From the IMG/VR virus record IMGVR_UViG_3300031884_000004: 61,305 bases of DNA; one strand, given 5' to 3'. Below, piece after piece: positions 51,313 through 61,074 of this stretch (position 1 is its first letter; each line of letters starts with the position of its first letter). The stretch is from an uncultured virus (IMG/VR IMGVR_UViG_3300031884_000004) (taxonomy: Duplodnaviria; Heunggongvirae; Uroviricota; Caudoviricetes). The notes under the pieces were generated by a model. It was given only the letters and a program-made list of their open reading frames with translations. It did no database searches and was not told where the DNA came from. Position numbers and translations under genes: made by a program.

Positions 51313-52092
51313 ATGTTCAAAGAAAATAAATATACTAAACACTACATGCTCCTTATTGAGAAAGCAAAAAATCGTACATTGCCAAAAGGGCAATACAAAG
51401 AACGACATCATATTATTCCTAGTTCAATGGGAGGCAATGATGATAAAGATAATAAGGTGTGGCTAACAGGAAGAGAACACGCACTTTGTCATTGGGCATT
51501 GTTAAAGATGACTGAAGGAGAAGACCGCGTCAAGATGTCATATGCGTTTAATGGGATGAACGCTGAAAATGAGTTTCAGCAAAGATACCACTCACGTATC
51601 ATAACTAGAGCATATGAAAAACATCGGATAGCACACGCAAAAACTCATTCAGAAAGAATGAAAGGTAAACCAGCTTGGAACAAAGGTCAAAAACTTGAAG
51701 GTGAAGAGTTAGAAAAACATAGAGAAAGAACACGCAACAGAAAGATAGATCCTGTTAAACAGGCTGAAGGACAGTTAAAAAGAATCGCTAAAGTAACTGG
51801 ACAAAAACGCTCTGAAGAAACCAAATTGAAACAAAGTTTAGCACTCAAGGGAAAACCTAAGGGACCAATGAGCGAAGAACAAAAGATAAAACGTTCAATA
51901 AAGCAAAAAGGTGTATCTAAACCAGAAGGATTCGGTGATAAAGTTGCTGTTAGGATGAAAGAAGAGTTCTCAAAAAATAATCCTAATAACAGAGAAGACT
52001 TAAAGAAAATTTGCCCACATTGTCATAAAACTTTTGGTCCCAGTAACTATTCTCGTTGGCACGGTGATAACTGTAAACAGAAAGACGTGTAA
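51313..52092 (+). CDS. HNH homing endonuclease with NUMOD3-like repeats and C-terminal zinc finger
   Basis: ERHHIIPSSMGGNDDKDNKVWLTGREHALCH; PAWNKG; RSEETKLKQS; CPHC...HGDNC. Confidence 0.87.
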   Translation: MFKENKYTKHYMLLIEKAKNRTLPKGQYKERHHIIPSSMGGNDDKDNKVWLTGREHALCHWALLKMTEGEDRVKMSYAFNGMNAENEFQQRYHSRIITRAYEKHRIAHAKTHSERMKGKPAWNKGQKLEGEELEKHRERTRNRKIDPVKQAEGQLKRIAKVTGQKRSEETKLKQSLALKGKPKGPMSEEQKIKRSIKQKGVSKPEGFGDKVAVRMKEEFSKNNPNNREDLKKICPHCHKTFGPSNYSRWHGDNCKQKDV

Positions 52093-52138
52093 ACTGAATA
52101 ACGAAGAAGAACCAATAACCGAATACTGGAAACCTCTA

Positions 52139-52696
52139 ATGAAAATTTCTGAAATGACCATGAAAGGTCCGGATCTTTCGCTACAAGCAGAACAATTTGC
52201 AAACAAGAACAAAGATCATTGGTATAAACACGGAAAGCATATAGCCGACATAGAAAACTATAAGGTTTTACAAGACGGAATTTATTATTCTATGTGGAAT
52301 GATACAACCCTAATTGCTTGTTGCTCACTATCTGATAATGATAACATCATCGATGATGTTTATGTCAGTCCTGAACACAGGGGTAATAAACTTTTATCCA
52401 TGATGTTATGGTTTTTTAAAACTAGGCTGAACCGTTCACCGTTAATGATAGGGCAAGTACATTCTAAAATGATGCAGGAAGTAGTTAAAGGATTGAGTAG
52501 ATTTGACAAGTATTGGTATAATGTCAAAACTAATAAGAAAGAACCGTTCTCGTTAGATACATTAGATGATTATTATAGTTATTTTAATCCAACAGATTGG
52601 CGCCTCATACTAGAGAATACCGGAGACTTCTCAGCTTGGCCAATGTTTAGTGGAAATGGTTTTGTGATGGAATCATATTTACCGTATGTTGATTAA
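52139..52696 (+). CDS. GNAT-fold-like protein with MKIxE N-terminus
   Basis: Start reassigned to ATG 52139 (MKISEMT); IDDVYVSPEHRGNKL resembles GNAT motif A. Confidence 0.5.
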   Translation: MKISEMTMKGPDLSLQAEQFANKNKDHWYKHGKHIADIENYKVLQDGIYYSMWNDTTLIACCSLSDNDNIIDDVYVSPEHRGNKLLSMMLWFFKTRLNRSPLMIGQVHSKMMQEVVKGLSRFDKYWYNVKTNKKEPFSLDTLDDYYSYFNPTDWRLILENTGDFSAWPMFSGNGFVMESYLPYVD

Positions 52697-52747
52697 TTGT
52701 ACGGTGATAACTGCAAACACCGATAAATAACTAAAACGGGGTTATTC

Positions 52748-53260
52748 ATGAGCGCAGACCTTTTCAGAACATACATTGACATAATCAATGAGAACAACAA
52801 TCCTGACGATGACAGCAAGCTTGGTCCCACAAACTTTCAACGGTCTTTTTTCTCTGGTAAGGGACCGCAACTACCAGAACCAATGGAAATAGTAGACGAT
52901 CCACAAGAGATTACTACGCTAATACACAAAGCTTATAATACTCCAGATTCTGAAGAAGATCCTAACGCAGCCATCCAAGCTGCTGATGTTCGTAAAATAG
53001 TCAATTCTATTTTGCTTGATCTAGATCCATTGGAAGAACGCCTAGCTAGAATGGCTTTTGGTATCGGAGTCCCTGAAATGTCTCTAGAGCAGATAGGAGA
53101 AAAGCTTGGTATAAACCGCGAAGGAATACGCCAACGACTGGATAGAGCATTGAGAAAAATTAGGTACCGAATATCAAAGAAATCAAATATAAAAAGTCCG
53201 TCTCGAAACAATAAACCGATATATGGCGCCGCCCGTGATCCTAGAATCACAGGGTTATGA
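52748..53260 (+). CDS. protein with stand-alone sigma70 region 4-like HTH
   Basis: LDPLEERLARMAFGIGVPEMSLEQIGEKLGINREGIRQRLDRALRKIR resembles RpoD region 4; late promoter at 52722-52729. Confidence 0.7.
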   Translation: MSADLFRTYIDIINENNNPDDDSKLGPTNFQRSFFSGKGPQLPEPMEIVDDPQEITTLIHKAYNTPDSEEDPNAAIQAADVRKIVNSILLDLDPLEERLARMAFGIGVPEMSLEQIGEKLGINREGIRQRLDRALRKIRYRISKKSNIKSPSRNNKPIYGAARDPRITGL

Positions 53261-53275
53261 TGTAAACGGTTATAC

Positions 53276-53857
53276 ATGAAAATCCAAGAACTATTTGAAT
53301 CGGTAGAAGATTTTGAATTTCCAGATCCTGAGAAATCACAAAAAACTCAGATTAGTGGAACCGCTCCTACCTATACAAAAGCTAAGGCACATTTAGATAC
53401 TCACTCTGCGCATGGTAAAGTTTTGGATTTCGGTGCAGGGTTAGGACACGGTAGTCACATTCTTGGTGCAGATACTTACGAACCATTTCCTAAAGGTAAG
53501 TTCACGCCTACGTATGATCATGCAGCAGACATTCCTAATGACAGCTATGAAAAGGTAACGAACTTCAATGTACTGAATGTGGTTCCACCTAAGACCAGAA
53601 AAGAAATCGTAAAACATATTGGTAGAGTGTTGAAGTCTGGTGGCATAGCTCTGATTACAACGCGCGGAAGAGATGTTCTTGACGCTAAAGGTAAACCGGG
53701 TCCTGAGCCAATGAGCATTGTTACAAGTACCGGCACTTACCAAAAAGGATTTACTACAAAAGAACTACAGCAGTATGTAGAATCTGTGTTGGGTGATAAA
53801 TTTGAGGTTTCTCCGTTTAAGCTGGGACCGGCCGGCGTTCTGATCAAGAAGTTATAG
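53276..53857 (+). CDS. class I SAM-dependent methyltransferase
   Basis: VLDFGAGLG motif I; NVLNVV; IGRVLKSGG; TYQKGF. Confidence 0.8.
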   Translation: MKIQELFESVEDFEFPDPEKSQKTQISGTAPTYTKAKAHLDTHSAHGKVLDFGAGLGHGSHILGADTYEPFPKGKFTPTYDHAADIPNDSYEKVTNFNVLNVVPPKTRKEIVKHIGRVLKSGGIALITTRGRDVLDAKGKPGPEPMSIVTSTGTYQKGFTTKELQQYVESVLGDKFEVSPFKLGPAGVLIKKL

Positions 53858-53859
53858 TC

Positions 53860-54438
53860 ATGAAGATTCAAGAACTCCTAAATGAATCAGAGTTAACAGA
53901 AGTAACACGTCCCGATCAGCGGACGGCTGAGGATATTCTAGAAAAAGCAGGATATCAAAAATTAGGTCATGGGTTGTATGCTAACGTTTGGTGGAGAAAA
54001 GACAAATCCTACGTATTAAAGTTGGTTAGCTCAGATGATAGAGCGTATGCGAGATATGTTAGAATGTGCATGTCCAATCCTAATCCGCATTTTCCGAAGT
54101 TTCGTGGGTCATTCATGAGAGTCAATGATAACTATAACGCAATTCGAATGGAAAAGCTCAGTCCTGTAGTTAGAACTAGAGACATGTACGATATGGTGAG
54201 TGTGCTAGAGAGTTATATATGGCATAGTGCTAAGCTGCTAAGCTGGCCGGCCAATCTGGAGCGTGATATTCAAGCTATGTATGTCTTAGAACAGACGCAG
54301 CCTGGTATAACTGAAGCGTGTGATCTTATCGCTACGTTACCTAAGGTAAATATGGATATGCATTTAGGTAATATCATGATGCGTGGGAAAACTATTGTTA
54401 TAACTGATCCAGTGACTGGTTATGAGCGCACTAGGTAA
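53860..54438 (+). CDS. protein kinase-like fold protein
   Basis: LGHGLYANV (Gly loop), VLKL, MEKL, DMHLGNIM (catalytic loop), ITDP. Confidence 0.75.
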   Translation: MKIQELLNESELTEVTRPDQRTAEDILEKAGYQKLGHGLYANVWWRKDKSYVLKLVSSDDRAYARYVRMCMSNPNPHFPKFRGSFMRVNDNYNAIRMEKLSPVVRTRDMYDMVSVLESYIWHSAKLLSWPANLERDIQAMYVLEQTQPGITEACDLIATLPKVNMDMHLGNIMMRGKTIVITDPVTGYERTR

Positions 54439-54460
54439 TTTTAGCTAAGAAAGCATTAAA

Positions 54461-54730
54461 ATGAAAGACAATGAAGTGATTGAAATTCTAGATGATGGTA
54501 CGGTATACTACTTTGATTTAGCAGTATGCGATCAGCAGGCAAATGCAGTAATCGAAGAACTTCTTGAAAAACAAAACACTGTTCCAAACTATGATTTTAC
54601 TGCTACTATGTTTAGTCTGTTTGTAAAGTCAGTAGATTTTCTCAGAGAGGCTGGATGGCTGACCGAAGAATTAATTGATGAGATTGTAGATGCTAGTGAG
54701 TCGGGTGAGGAAGACGAAGCCGACGACTGA
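54461..54730 (+). CDS. small acidic hypothetical protein
   Basis: 89-aa ORF co-oriented with the cassette. Confidence 0.6.
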   Translation: MKDNEVIEILDDGTVYYFDLAVCDQQANAVIEELLEKQNTVPNYDFTATMFSLFVKSVDFLREAGWLTEELIDEIVDASESGEEDEADD

Positions 54731-54758
54731 TTTTTCTAGTGAACTATAGTTCACTAGT

Positions 54759-55127
54759 TCACGCTATTCTAGTATCAGAATCCACTGACACGTTTAGAAT
54801 AGATTTTCTTCCTGTTCTAGCTTTTTTGTTGTATAGTCTGGCGCAATTAGCACATAACGTCAGTAGATTCTTTTTGTTTTTGTTGGCTTTATTGCCGTCA
54901 GCAAAAACCAAATCTATCTGACATAAATCTTCAGGCAAGAATCCACATTGCATACATGAGGTTTTCTTGTGTTGCAGATGTTTGAATCTATCATCATAAA
55001 TTGCTTTTGCGCAGTCAACGCAATATCTATGCCATTTTTGAAATCCGTGCTTACTCTTGCCATTGGGTTTAGCAAGAGCGAATTTGCAGTGAGCACAGAT
55101 AGGCCGTGTTGGTTGCTGCGTAATCAT
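54759..55127 (-). CDS. zinc-binding degenerate HNH-like protein
   Basis: Four CxxC pairs; QIDLVFADGNKANKNKKNLLTLCANC mirrors DHIDGN..NN...NL..LC.NCH but lacks the His residues; TATAAATA upstream. Confidence 0.6.
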   Translation of the reverse strand: MITQQPTRPICAHCKFALAKPNGKSKHGFQKWHRYCVDCAKAIYDDRFKHLQHKKTSCMQCGFLPEDLCQIDLVFADGNKANKNKKNLLTLCANCARLYNKKARTGRKSILNVSVDSDTRIA

Positions 55128-55236
55128 ACGTTGTATTTATAGATATGATGAAAATAAAGCACTCCTGCGATCTTTGATCCGGCTAGCCAAAATCTGACTA
55201 TGCGATAAATACTATATCAGATACTGGGTTTGCGCT

Positions 55237-56730
55237 ATGACAGTAGAACTTTTTAATTCATATGGTGGCTTTTCAGTAGGCGTTCCACCTGTACAGGTGA
55301 TCGATGCCAACGGTAATGTAGTAACCAATGTCTTTACGCCAGGTAACGTAGCAGCTAATGTGTTCTACGCAAACACTTATCGTTACGCTAATGGTCAATC
55401 ACTTACAATTAGTGCTGCTGGTAGTAATACGCAGGTTCAGTTCAACAATAACGGATCATTCGGTGCAGATCCATATTTCACATATGACAACTATTCACAA
55501 TTGCTTTCCGTTCCTAAGCTTAGTGTAGCATATAACACCACGCTAGGTGACGTATCAAATGTTAGCATCGGCGGAGGAAATAACGGTTATTTCTTACAGA
55601 CTGATGGCGCCGGAAATCTGTCATGGGCAGTTGGTGGAGGCGGCGGCGGAAACGGTAATCCAGGCGGATCAAATACTGAGATTCAGTTCAATAACTCAGG
55701 ATACTTCGACGGTTCATCTGTATTTACATTTGATACTACTACAAGCACCCTAGCAGCACCTAATGCTAATATTTCTAATGTGCATACAAGCAATGCTACT
55801 ATTGCGAATCTAACGGTCACTGGAAATACCACGAGTACGTATTATTTTGGTAATGCACACTATCTTGTTGGTGTTATTTCTGATACTGCAAATACCGTAA
55901 CTGACAACGCTCAGCCTAATATCACTTCCGTTGGCAATCTCACAACATTGGTTGTCACTGGAAATATAGTTTCAGGGGATCAGATCAGTGGAGCAGGAGT
56001 ACAAACATCAGGAAATGTTAATGCAGGTAATGTGAATGTTACCGGAACATCATTTGTAGGTGGAACACTTAGCGCTACTGGTCTTGTCAATCTGATAGAT
56101 TCTCCTAGCGTAAATCTAGGATCAATATCAAATCTTCATATCTCCGGCGGACTTAGCGGTTATGTTATGACTACCGATGGATTAGGTAACTTGAGTTGGC
56201 AAGCTGGCGGAGGTGGCGGCGGAGGCAACGGCGAACCAGGCGGATCAAATACTGAGATTCAATATAATTTAAATGGACTGTTTGGTGCAAGTCCGTATTT
56301 CACATACGATGACTACAGCAAAACGGTAACAATTGCTGGAAACTTAGTCGCTAACACATTGCAATTGGGCTCAGGTGTATATCAGTATTGCACTTCTGCT
56401 GTGTACTTCGCTTCGACTGCAAGCACTGTTCCTAATCAAGTTTTATACAGTATTCCTGCAGGCAACATTTCAGGAGTAGAATTTAATATTATTGCTACAG
56501 ACCAAAGTACACTAACTAGGCAGTCATCAAAAATTACATCTATCGTTTATAATGGACAGGTGCAGTTCAACGAATATGCAGGGTTGCAGATCAATGGTGG
56601 TATAGGGTCATTTGAAATACAATATAATCCCGGAGACATCAGTAGTCCGCCGGCAGTGCAACTCAACGTTAGTCCAAATTCATCTTCGTCAATTATATAC
56701 GGAATGTTGATTACAGTGTATTCGGATTAA
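55237..56730 (+). CDS. virion fibre/structural protein
   Basis: Asn/Gly/Thr-rich; repeated LxTDGxGNLSW and GSNTxIQxN motifs; late promoter at 55204-55211. Confidence 0.65.
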   Translation: MTVELFNSYGGFSVGVPPVQVIDANGNVVTNVFTPGNVAANVFYANTYRYANGQSLTISAAGSNTQVQFNNNGSFGADPYFTYDNYSQLLSVPKLSVAYNTTLGDVSNVSIGGGNNGYFLQTDGAGNLSWAVGGGGGGNGNPGGSNTEIQFNNSGYFDGSSVFTFDTTTSTLAAPNANISNVHTSNATIANLTVTGNTTSTYYFGNAHYLVGVISDTANTVTDNAQPNITSVGNLTTLVVTGNIVSGDQISGAGVQTSGNVNAGNVNVTGTSFVGGTLSATGLVNLIDSPSVNLGSISNLHISGGLSGYVMTTDGLGNLSWQAGGGGGGGNGEPGGSNTEIQYNLNGLFGASPYFTYDDYSKTVTIAGNLVANTLQLGSGVYQYCTSAVYFASTASTVPNQVLYSIPAGNISGVEFNIIATDQSTLTRQSSKITSIVYNGQVQFNEYAGLQINGGIGSFEIQYNPGDISSPPAVQLNVSPNSSSSIIYGMLITVYSD

Positions 56731-56789
56731 CACAAAATAGATAAATAATATAAAATAGGAAAAACATAGGAAAAACAAAGGAAAAACAA

Positions 56790-59700
56790 ATGGCCATTAA
56801 ATCTTTAAATTCAGTAGCAGGTTTCTCGGTAGGAGAAACACCTTCCAATATTATATTGGCTAACGGAGACATCACCACGACGAACATAACTACTACTGGT
56901 GTAGCCAATCTCAACTCGATCGGTAACGTCAAAATTACTGGTGGGATGTCTGGGCAGGTCATCTCCACTGATGGTACTGGAAACTTATCATTCACTACAG
57001 TAGGTACTGCATCGCTGTCCAATGGTACTAGTAATATACAGGTAATTAATAATGGTAATATCAACTTCAGTAGTGCAGGAAATGCCAACGTAGTTGTAAT
57101 TACTGATACCGGAATAAATGTATCCGGTACATCTGATGTAACTGGAACGTCAAATACTGCTAATCTAAATGTTTCTGGATTAAGCAATTTAGGCGCAGTA
57201 GGCAATTTAACTATTACCGGTGGTTCATCAGGTTACTATTTGCAAACAGACGGGTCAGGCGGCCTATCTTGGGAAGCAGTAGCAACCGGAAACGCTATTA
57301 GTAACGGTTCCTCTAACATCACTGCAGGCACAACTGACGGTAACATTACCGTTTCTATTGGCGGCACTGCTAATACTGTGACATTTACTAGTACTGGTGT
57401 TAATATTGCAGGTTATGCAGATCTAGGTTCTGGTGCACTAACTACTACAGGAAATGCAAATCTAGGTAATATTGGTACAGGTTTTGTTGGCGCGACAGCG
57501 AACGTAACTGCACCGCAATTTATATCAAACGCTGCAACTGGTACTGCACCGTTTACAGTGGTGTCAGTAACTCGCGTTGCTAATTTAAACGTAGCAAATG
57601 CCGGATTCGCCGATGCTGCAACTAACGCAGCCGCAGTACAGACAAATGCTTCAACTGCAACTACGGTATACCCTACATTCGTAACTGCGTCGACCAATGC
57701 AAACTATTCATTGAATACAGTTTCTGGTATCAGTGCTAACTTATCAAATAACTCGATCACGGCAACTACTTTTGTCGGATCGCTTTCAGGTACTGCAACA
57801 GCAGCAACTAATGCCGCAGCAGTGCAAACCAACACTTCTACTAGCTCAACTGTGTATCTGACTGGTACTACGTCAAGCTCAAATGGTAACAGCGCACTTA
57901 ATATTGTAACTGGTATTACTGCAAACTACGCCAACAACGCAATTACATCTACAACATTTGTTGGTAATTTAAGCGGCAACGTGATCGGAAACATTCAAGG
58001 TATTCTTGCAAATGGTACGTCAAACGTTGCAATTCCTACTGCAAGCGATAATGTGAACATCTCTGCTGCTGGTACTGCAAATGTTCTTGTTGTTACGGGT
58101 ACTGGTGCAAACATCACAGGTACAGCAAACGTATCTGGAAACGCAAACGTTGGTAACTTAGGTACTGCACAGGTACTCGCAACCGCAAACGTCACTGCAC
58201 CTCAGTTAATATCTAATGTTGCGACTGGTACTGCTCCATTAGTTGTATCATCCACAACTCAGGTACCTAACTTATTTGTTGAACGAGCAAACGTTAGTAT
58301 GTATTCAAACGTTACTGCGGTCACTGGTGGTACTTATTATCCGCAGTTTACTAGCGCAACTTCAGGTAATACTCAAACTGCTGCAAATTCGGCGTATACT
58401 GCTAACGTAGCAAACGGATCGTTCTCCGCAACTACGTTTGTAGGTAATCTAACTGGCGCACTTGCAAATGGTAATTCAAATGTTAACATTCCAAGTGCTA
58501 ATGGCAACGTTAATATCTCTGCTACCGGCACTGCCAACGTACTTGTTGTAACTGGCACAGGTGCAAACATCACAGGTACTGCAAACGTATCTGGAAATGC
58601 CAATGTCGGAAACATTGGTGCAACTAATGCTGTTGTATCTAACGCAAACGCATCAGTCGGTGTCAACACACCAAACGTAACAAGTTCAACATCACTAACA
58701 TTAACTGCAACAAGTGGCAATGTTAATCTTTCTGCTACTAGCGGAAATGTTGTTCTTAATAATGTTCAGATTAAGGAAGTTTCTAACCCAACTGCTGCAC
58801 AGGACGCCGCTACAAAATACTACGTTGATAACGCAGTTGCAGCAGGAATTGATATTCACCCAGCAGTAGTTGATGCCTCAGACACTAACCTATCTGCAAC
58901 ATATGCCAATGGCGGTACAACTCCTACTTGGACAAGCATCACCGGCGGCAACACACTTAATACAGGTTCTGCTCACGGCTTGTCTGTAAACGATGTCATC
59001 GTATTCAATACAGGCACAACGGGAACAGGATTGACTGCTGGTACACCATATTTCGTCCAGTCAATTGTTTCGTCAACTGCGATTACGGTATCGTTAAATT
59101 GGAGCGGTGATGCAGTAGCATTAACAAATGGTACAGGTCTAACGATTACATCACTTGCAAATGCGGGTGTTGGCGCAACACTAACATCAACTGGTACAGG
59201 CCCACTTGTAATTGCAGGATATACTGCTGCACTCAATGACAGAATTCTTGTTGTTGGACAGTCAACTGCTTCACAAAACGGTGTGTATTATATCTCACAG
59301 GTTGGTGTTGTAAGTTCTACTCCATGGATTCTAACTCGCGCAACTGACGGCAACACATATATTCTAGATAGCGCAGCAGGACTTGACACTGGTGCATATT
59401 TCTTAGTAACAAGCGCCAGTGATGGAGGTGCAGCATATGTTCTAAGTACTACCGGAACAATTGTGTTTGGTACTACTAATTTAACATTTGCTCTGTTCTC
59501 ACAGACTCAGGTATACACCGCTGGTACTGGATTAACACTTGCATCCAACTTACAGTTCAGCATCACTAATACTACAGTACCTTCTGGTAGTTATGGTAAT
59601 GGAGACGCAGTTGCAACATTTACTGTTAACGGTCAAGGACAATTAACTGCCGCCTCTAATGTTTCAATCACCGCAAATGCTGCCAATCTGACAGGTAATA

Positions 59701-61037
59701 CTCTTGCATCGTCTATTATTAACTCAAGCTTAACGAGCGTAGGTACTCTTGGATCACTATCTGTAACCGGAAATGCGACCGCTGGTAACTTTGTAGGGCG
59801 TCTAGCAAACGGAAACTCAAACGTCAATATTGCTGCTGCAAATGGTAACGTAACCATCGCCGCAGTAGGTACTAACATCGTAACTGTAACTGGCACTGGT
59901 GTTAATATTGCAGGCTATGCAAACTTAGGCAGCGGAGCATTTACTACTACTGGTAACGCGAACGTTGGTAACTTAGGTACCGCACAAGTACTTGCAACTG
60001 CAAACGTAACTGCTCCGCAATTAATCTCAAACATTTCAACTGGTACTGCTCCGTTCGTCGTGACCTCAACTACTCAGGTAGCAAATCTAAACGTTGCTAC
60101 TGCAGGAAGTGCTACTAACGCAGCAGCAGTACAGACCAACACTTCTACTAGCTCTACTGTATATCTTGCTGGTGTAACCTCTTCTTCAAACGGTAATAGC
60201 GCACTTAACATTGTGACAGGTATTACCGCTAATTTTGCATCAAATACTATATCTGCTACTACATTTACTGGTACATTAGCAAACGGCAACTCAAACGTAA
60301 ATATTCCTGCTGCTAACGGCAATGTCAATATAGCTGCTGTCGGTAATACAACATTAGTTGTTACTGGTACTGGTGCGAATATAACAGGTACTGCAAACGT
60401 ATCTGGTAACGCAAACGTAGGTAATTTAGGTACAACTACTGCAATTATCACTACTGGTAATATTACTACTATAAACAGTGGACTATTGCAAAACGGAACA
60501 ACCAACGTAACAATTGCATCCGGCGGCAATGTTTCTACGTACACAGGTGGCAACTCTACTGCTCAGTTTGTAATTGCATCTACTGGAGTCAATGTTGCAG
60601 GTTATGCGAACGTTGCAGGAAACGTATCTGCTGGTAATATAAGCTCAGCCGGTTCTGCAAACATAAGCACCACCGCAAACGTAGGTACTAGTGTCGTCTT
60701 AGGCAACACTTCGGTTACTACTACTATAACCTGGGGCTCTGTTACTACAACCTCAGTTACAGCAAACCAAACAATTGCAAGCTTCTCAGTAACTGGTGTA
60801 ACTGGTGTAGAATTCCTAGTTAAAGGAATCGATTCTGTTGGTGGCAAGTACAGCATGTCAACTGTACATGCAGTAACAGATGGTGCTAACGTTGACTGGG
60901 TGGTATACGGCGGAGCATACTTAGTAAGTACTACTGGTTCTCTATCAGTTAATATATCAGGTTCTACGATTCGTTTGGCTGTTACACCAGCCAGCAGCAA
61001 CTCAACTGTTTGGACAACACAGTATAGATTAGTTTAA
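56790..61037 (+). CDS. long repetitive tail-fibre-like protein
   Basis: Repeats GNANVGNLGT...TAPQLISN and LANGNSNVNI; DAATKYYVD; DRILVVGQSTASQNGVY...WILTRATD; late promoter at 56740-56747. Confidence 0.7.
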   Translation: MAIKSLNSVAGFSVGETPSNIILANGDITTTNITTTGVANLNSIGNVKITGGMSGQVISTDGTGNLSFTTVGTASLSNGTSNIQVINNGNINFSSAGNANVVVITDTGINVSGTSDVTGTSNTANLNVSGLSNLGAVGNLTITGGSSGYYLQTDGSGGLSWEAVATGNAISNGSSNITAGTTDGNITVSIGGTANTVTFTSTGVNIAGYADLGSGALTTTGNANLGNIGTGFVGATANVTAPQFISNAATGTAPFTVVSVTRVANLNVANAGFADAATNAAAVQTNASTATTVYPTFVTASTNANYSLNTVSGISANLSNNSITATTFVGSLSGTATAATNAAAVQTNTSTSSTVYLTGTTSSSNGNSALNIVTGITANYANNAITSTTFVGNLSGNVIGNIQGILANGTSNVAIPTASDNVNISAAGTANVLVVTGTGANITGTANVSGNANVGNLGTAQVLATANVTAPQLISNVATGTAPLVVSSTTQVPNLFVERANVSMYSNVTAVTGGTYYPQFTSATSGNTQTAANSAYTANVANGSFSATTFVGNLTGALANGNSNVNIPSANGNVNISATGTANVLVVTGTGANITGTANVSGNANVGNIGATNAVVSNANASVGVNTPNVTSSTSLTLTATSGNVNLSATSGNVVLNNVQIKEVSNPTAAQDAATKYYVDNAVAAGIDIHPAVVDASDTNLSATYANGGTTPTWTSITGGNTLNTGSAHGLSVNDVIVFNTGTTGTGLTAGTPYFVQSIVSSTAITVSLNWSGDAVALTNGTGLTITSLANAGVGATLTSTGTGPLVIAGYTAALNDRILVVGQSTASQNGVYYISQVGVVSSTPWILTRATDGNTYILDSAAGLDTGAYFLVTSASDGGAAYVLSTTGTIVFGTTNLTFALFSQTQVYTAGTGLTLASNLQFSITNTTVPSGSYGNGDAVATFTVNGQGQLTAASNVSITANAANLTGNTLASSIINSSLTSVGTLGSLSVTGNATAGNFVGRLANGNSNVNIAAANGNVTIAAVGTNIVTVTGTGVNIAGYANLGSGAFTTTGNANVGNLGTAQVLATANVTAPQLISNISTGTAPFVVTSTTQVANLNVATAGSATNAAAVQTNTSTSSTVYLAGVTSSSNGNSALNIVTGITANFASNTISATTFTGTLANGNSNVNIPAANGNVNIAAVGNTTLVVTGTGANITGTANVSGNANVGNLGTTTAIITTGNITTINSGLLQNGTTNVTIASGGNVSTYTGGNSTAQFVIASTGVNVAGYANVAGNVSAGNISSAGSANISTTANVGTSVVLGNTSVTTTITWGSVTTTSVTANQTIASFSVTGVTGVEFLVKGIDSVGGKYSMSTVHAVTDGANVDWVVYGGAYLVSTTGSLSVNISGSTIRLAVTPASSNSTVWTTQYRLV

Positions 61038-61074
61038 TGATTTGTTTCTCCGAATAAATACCTGAGAATAAATT

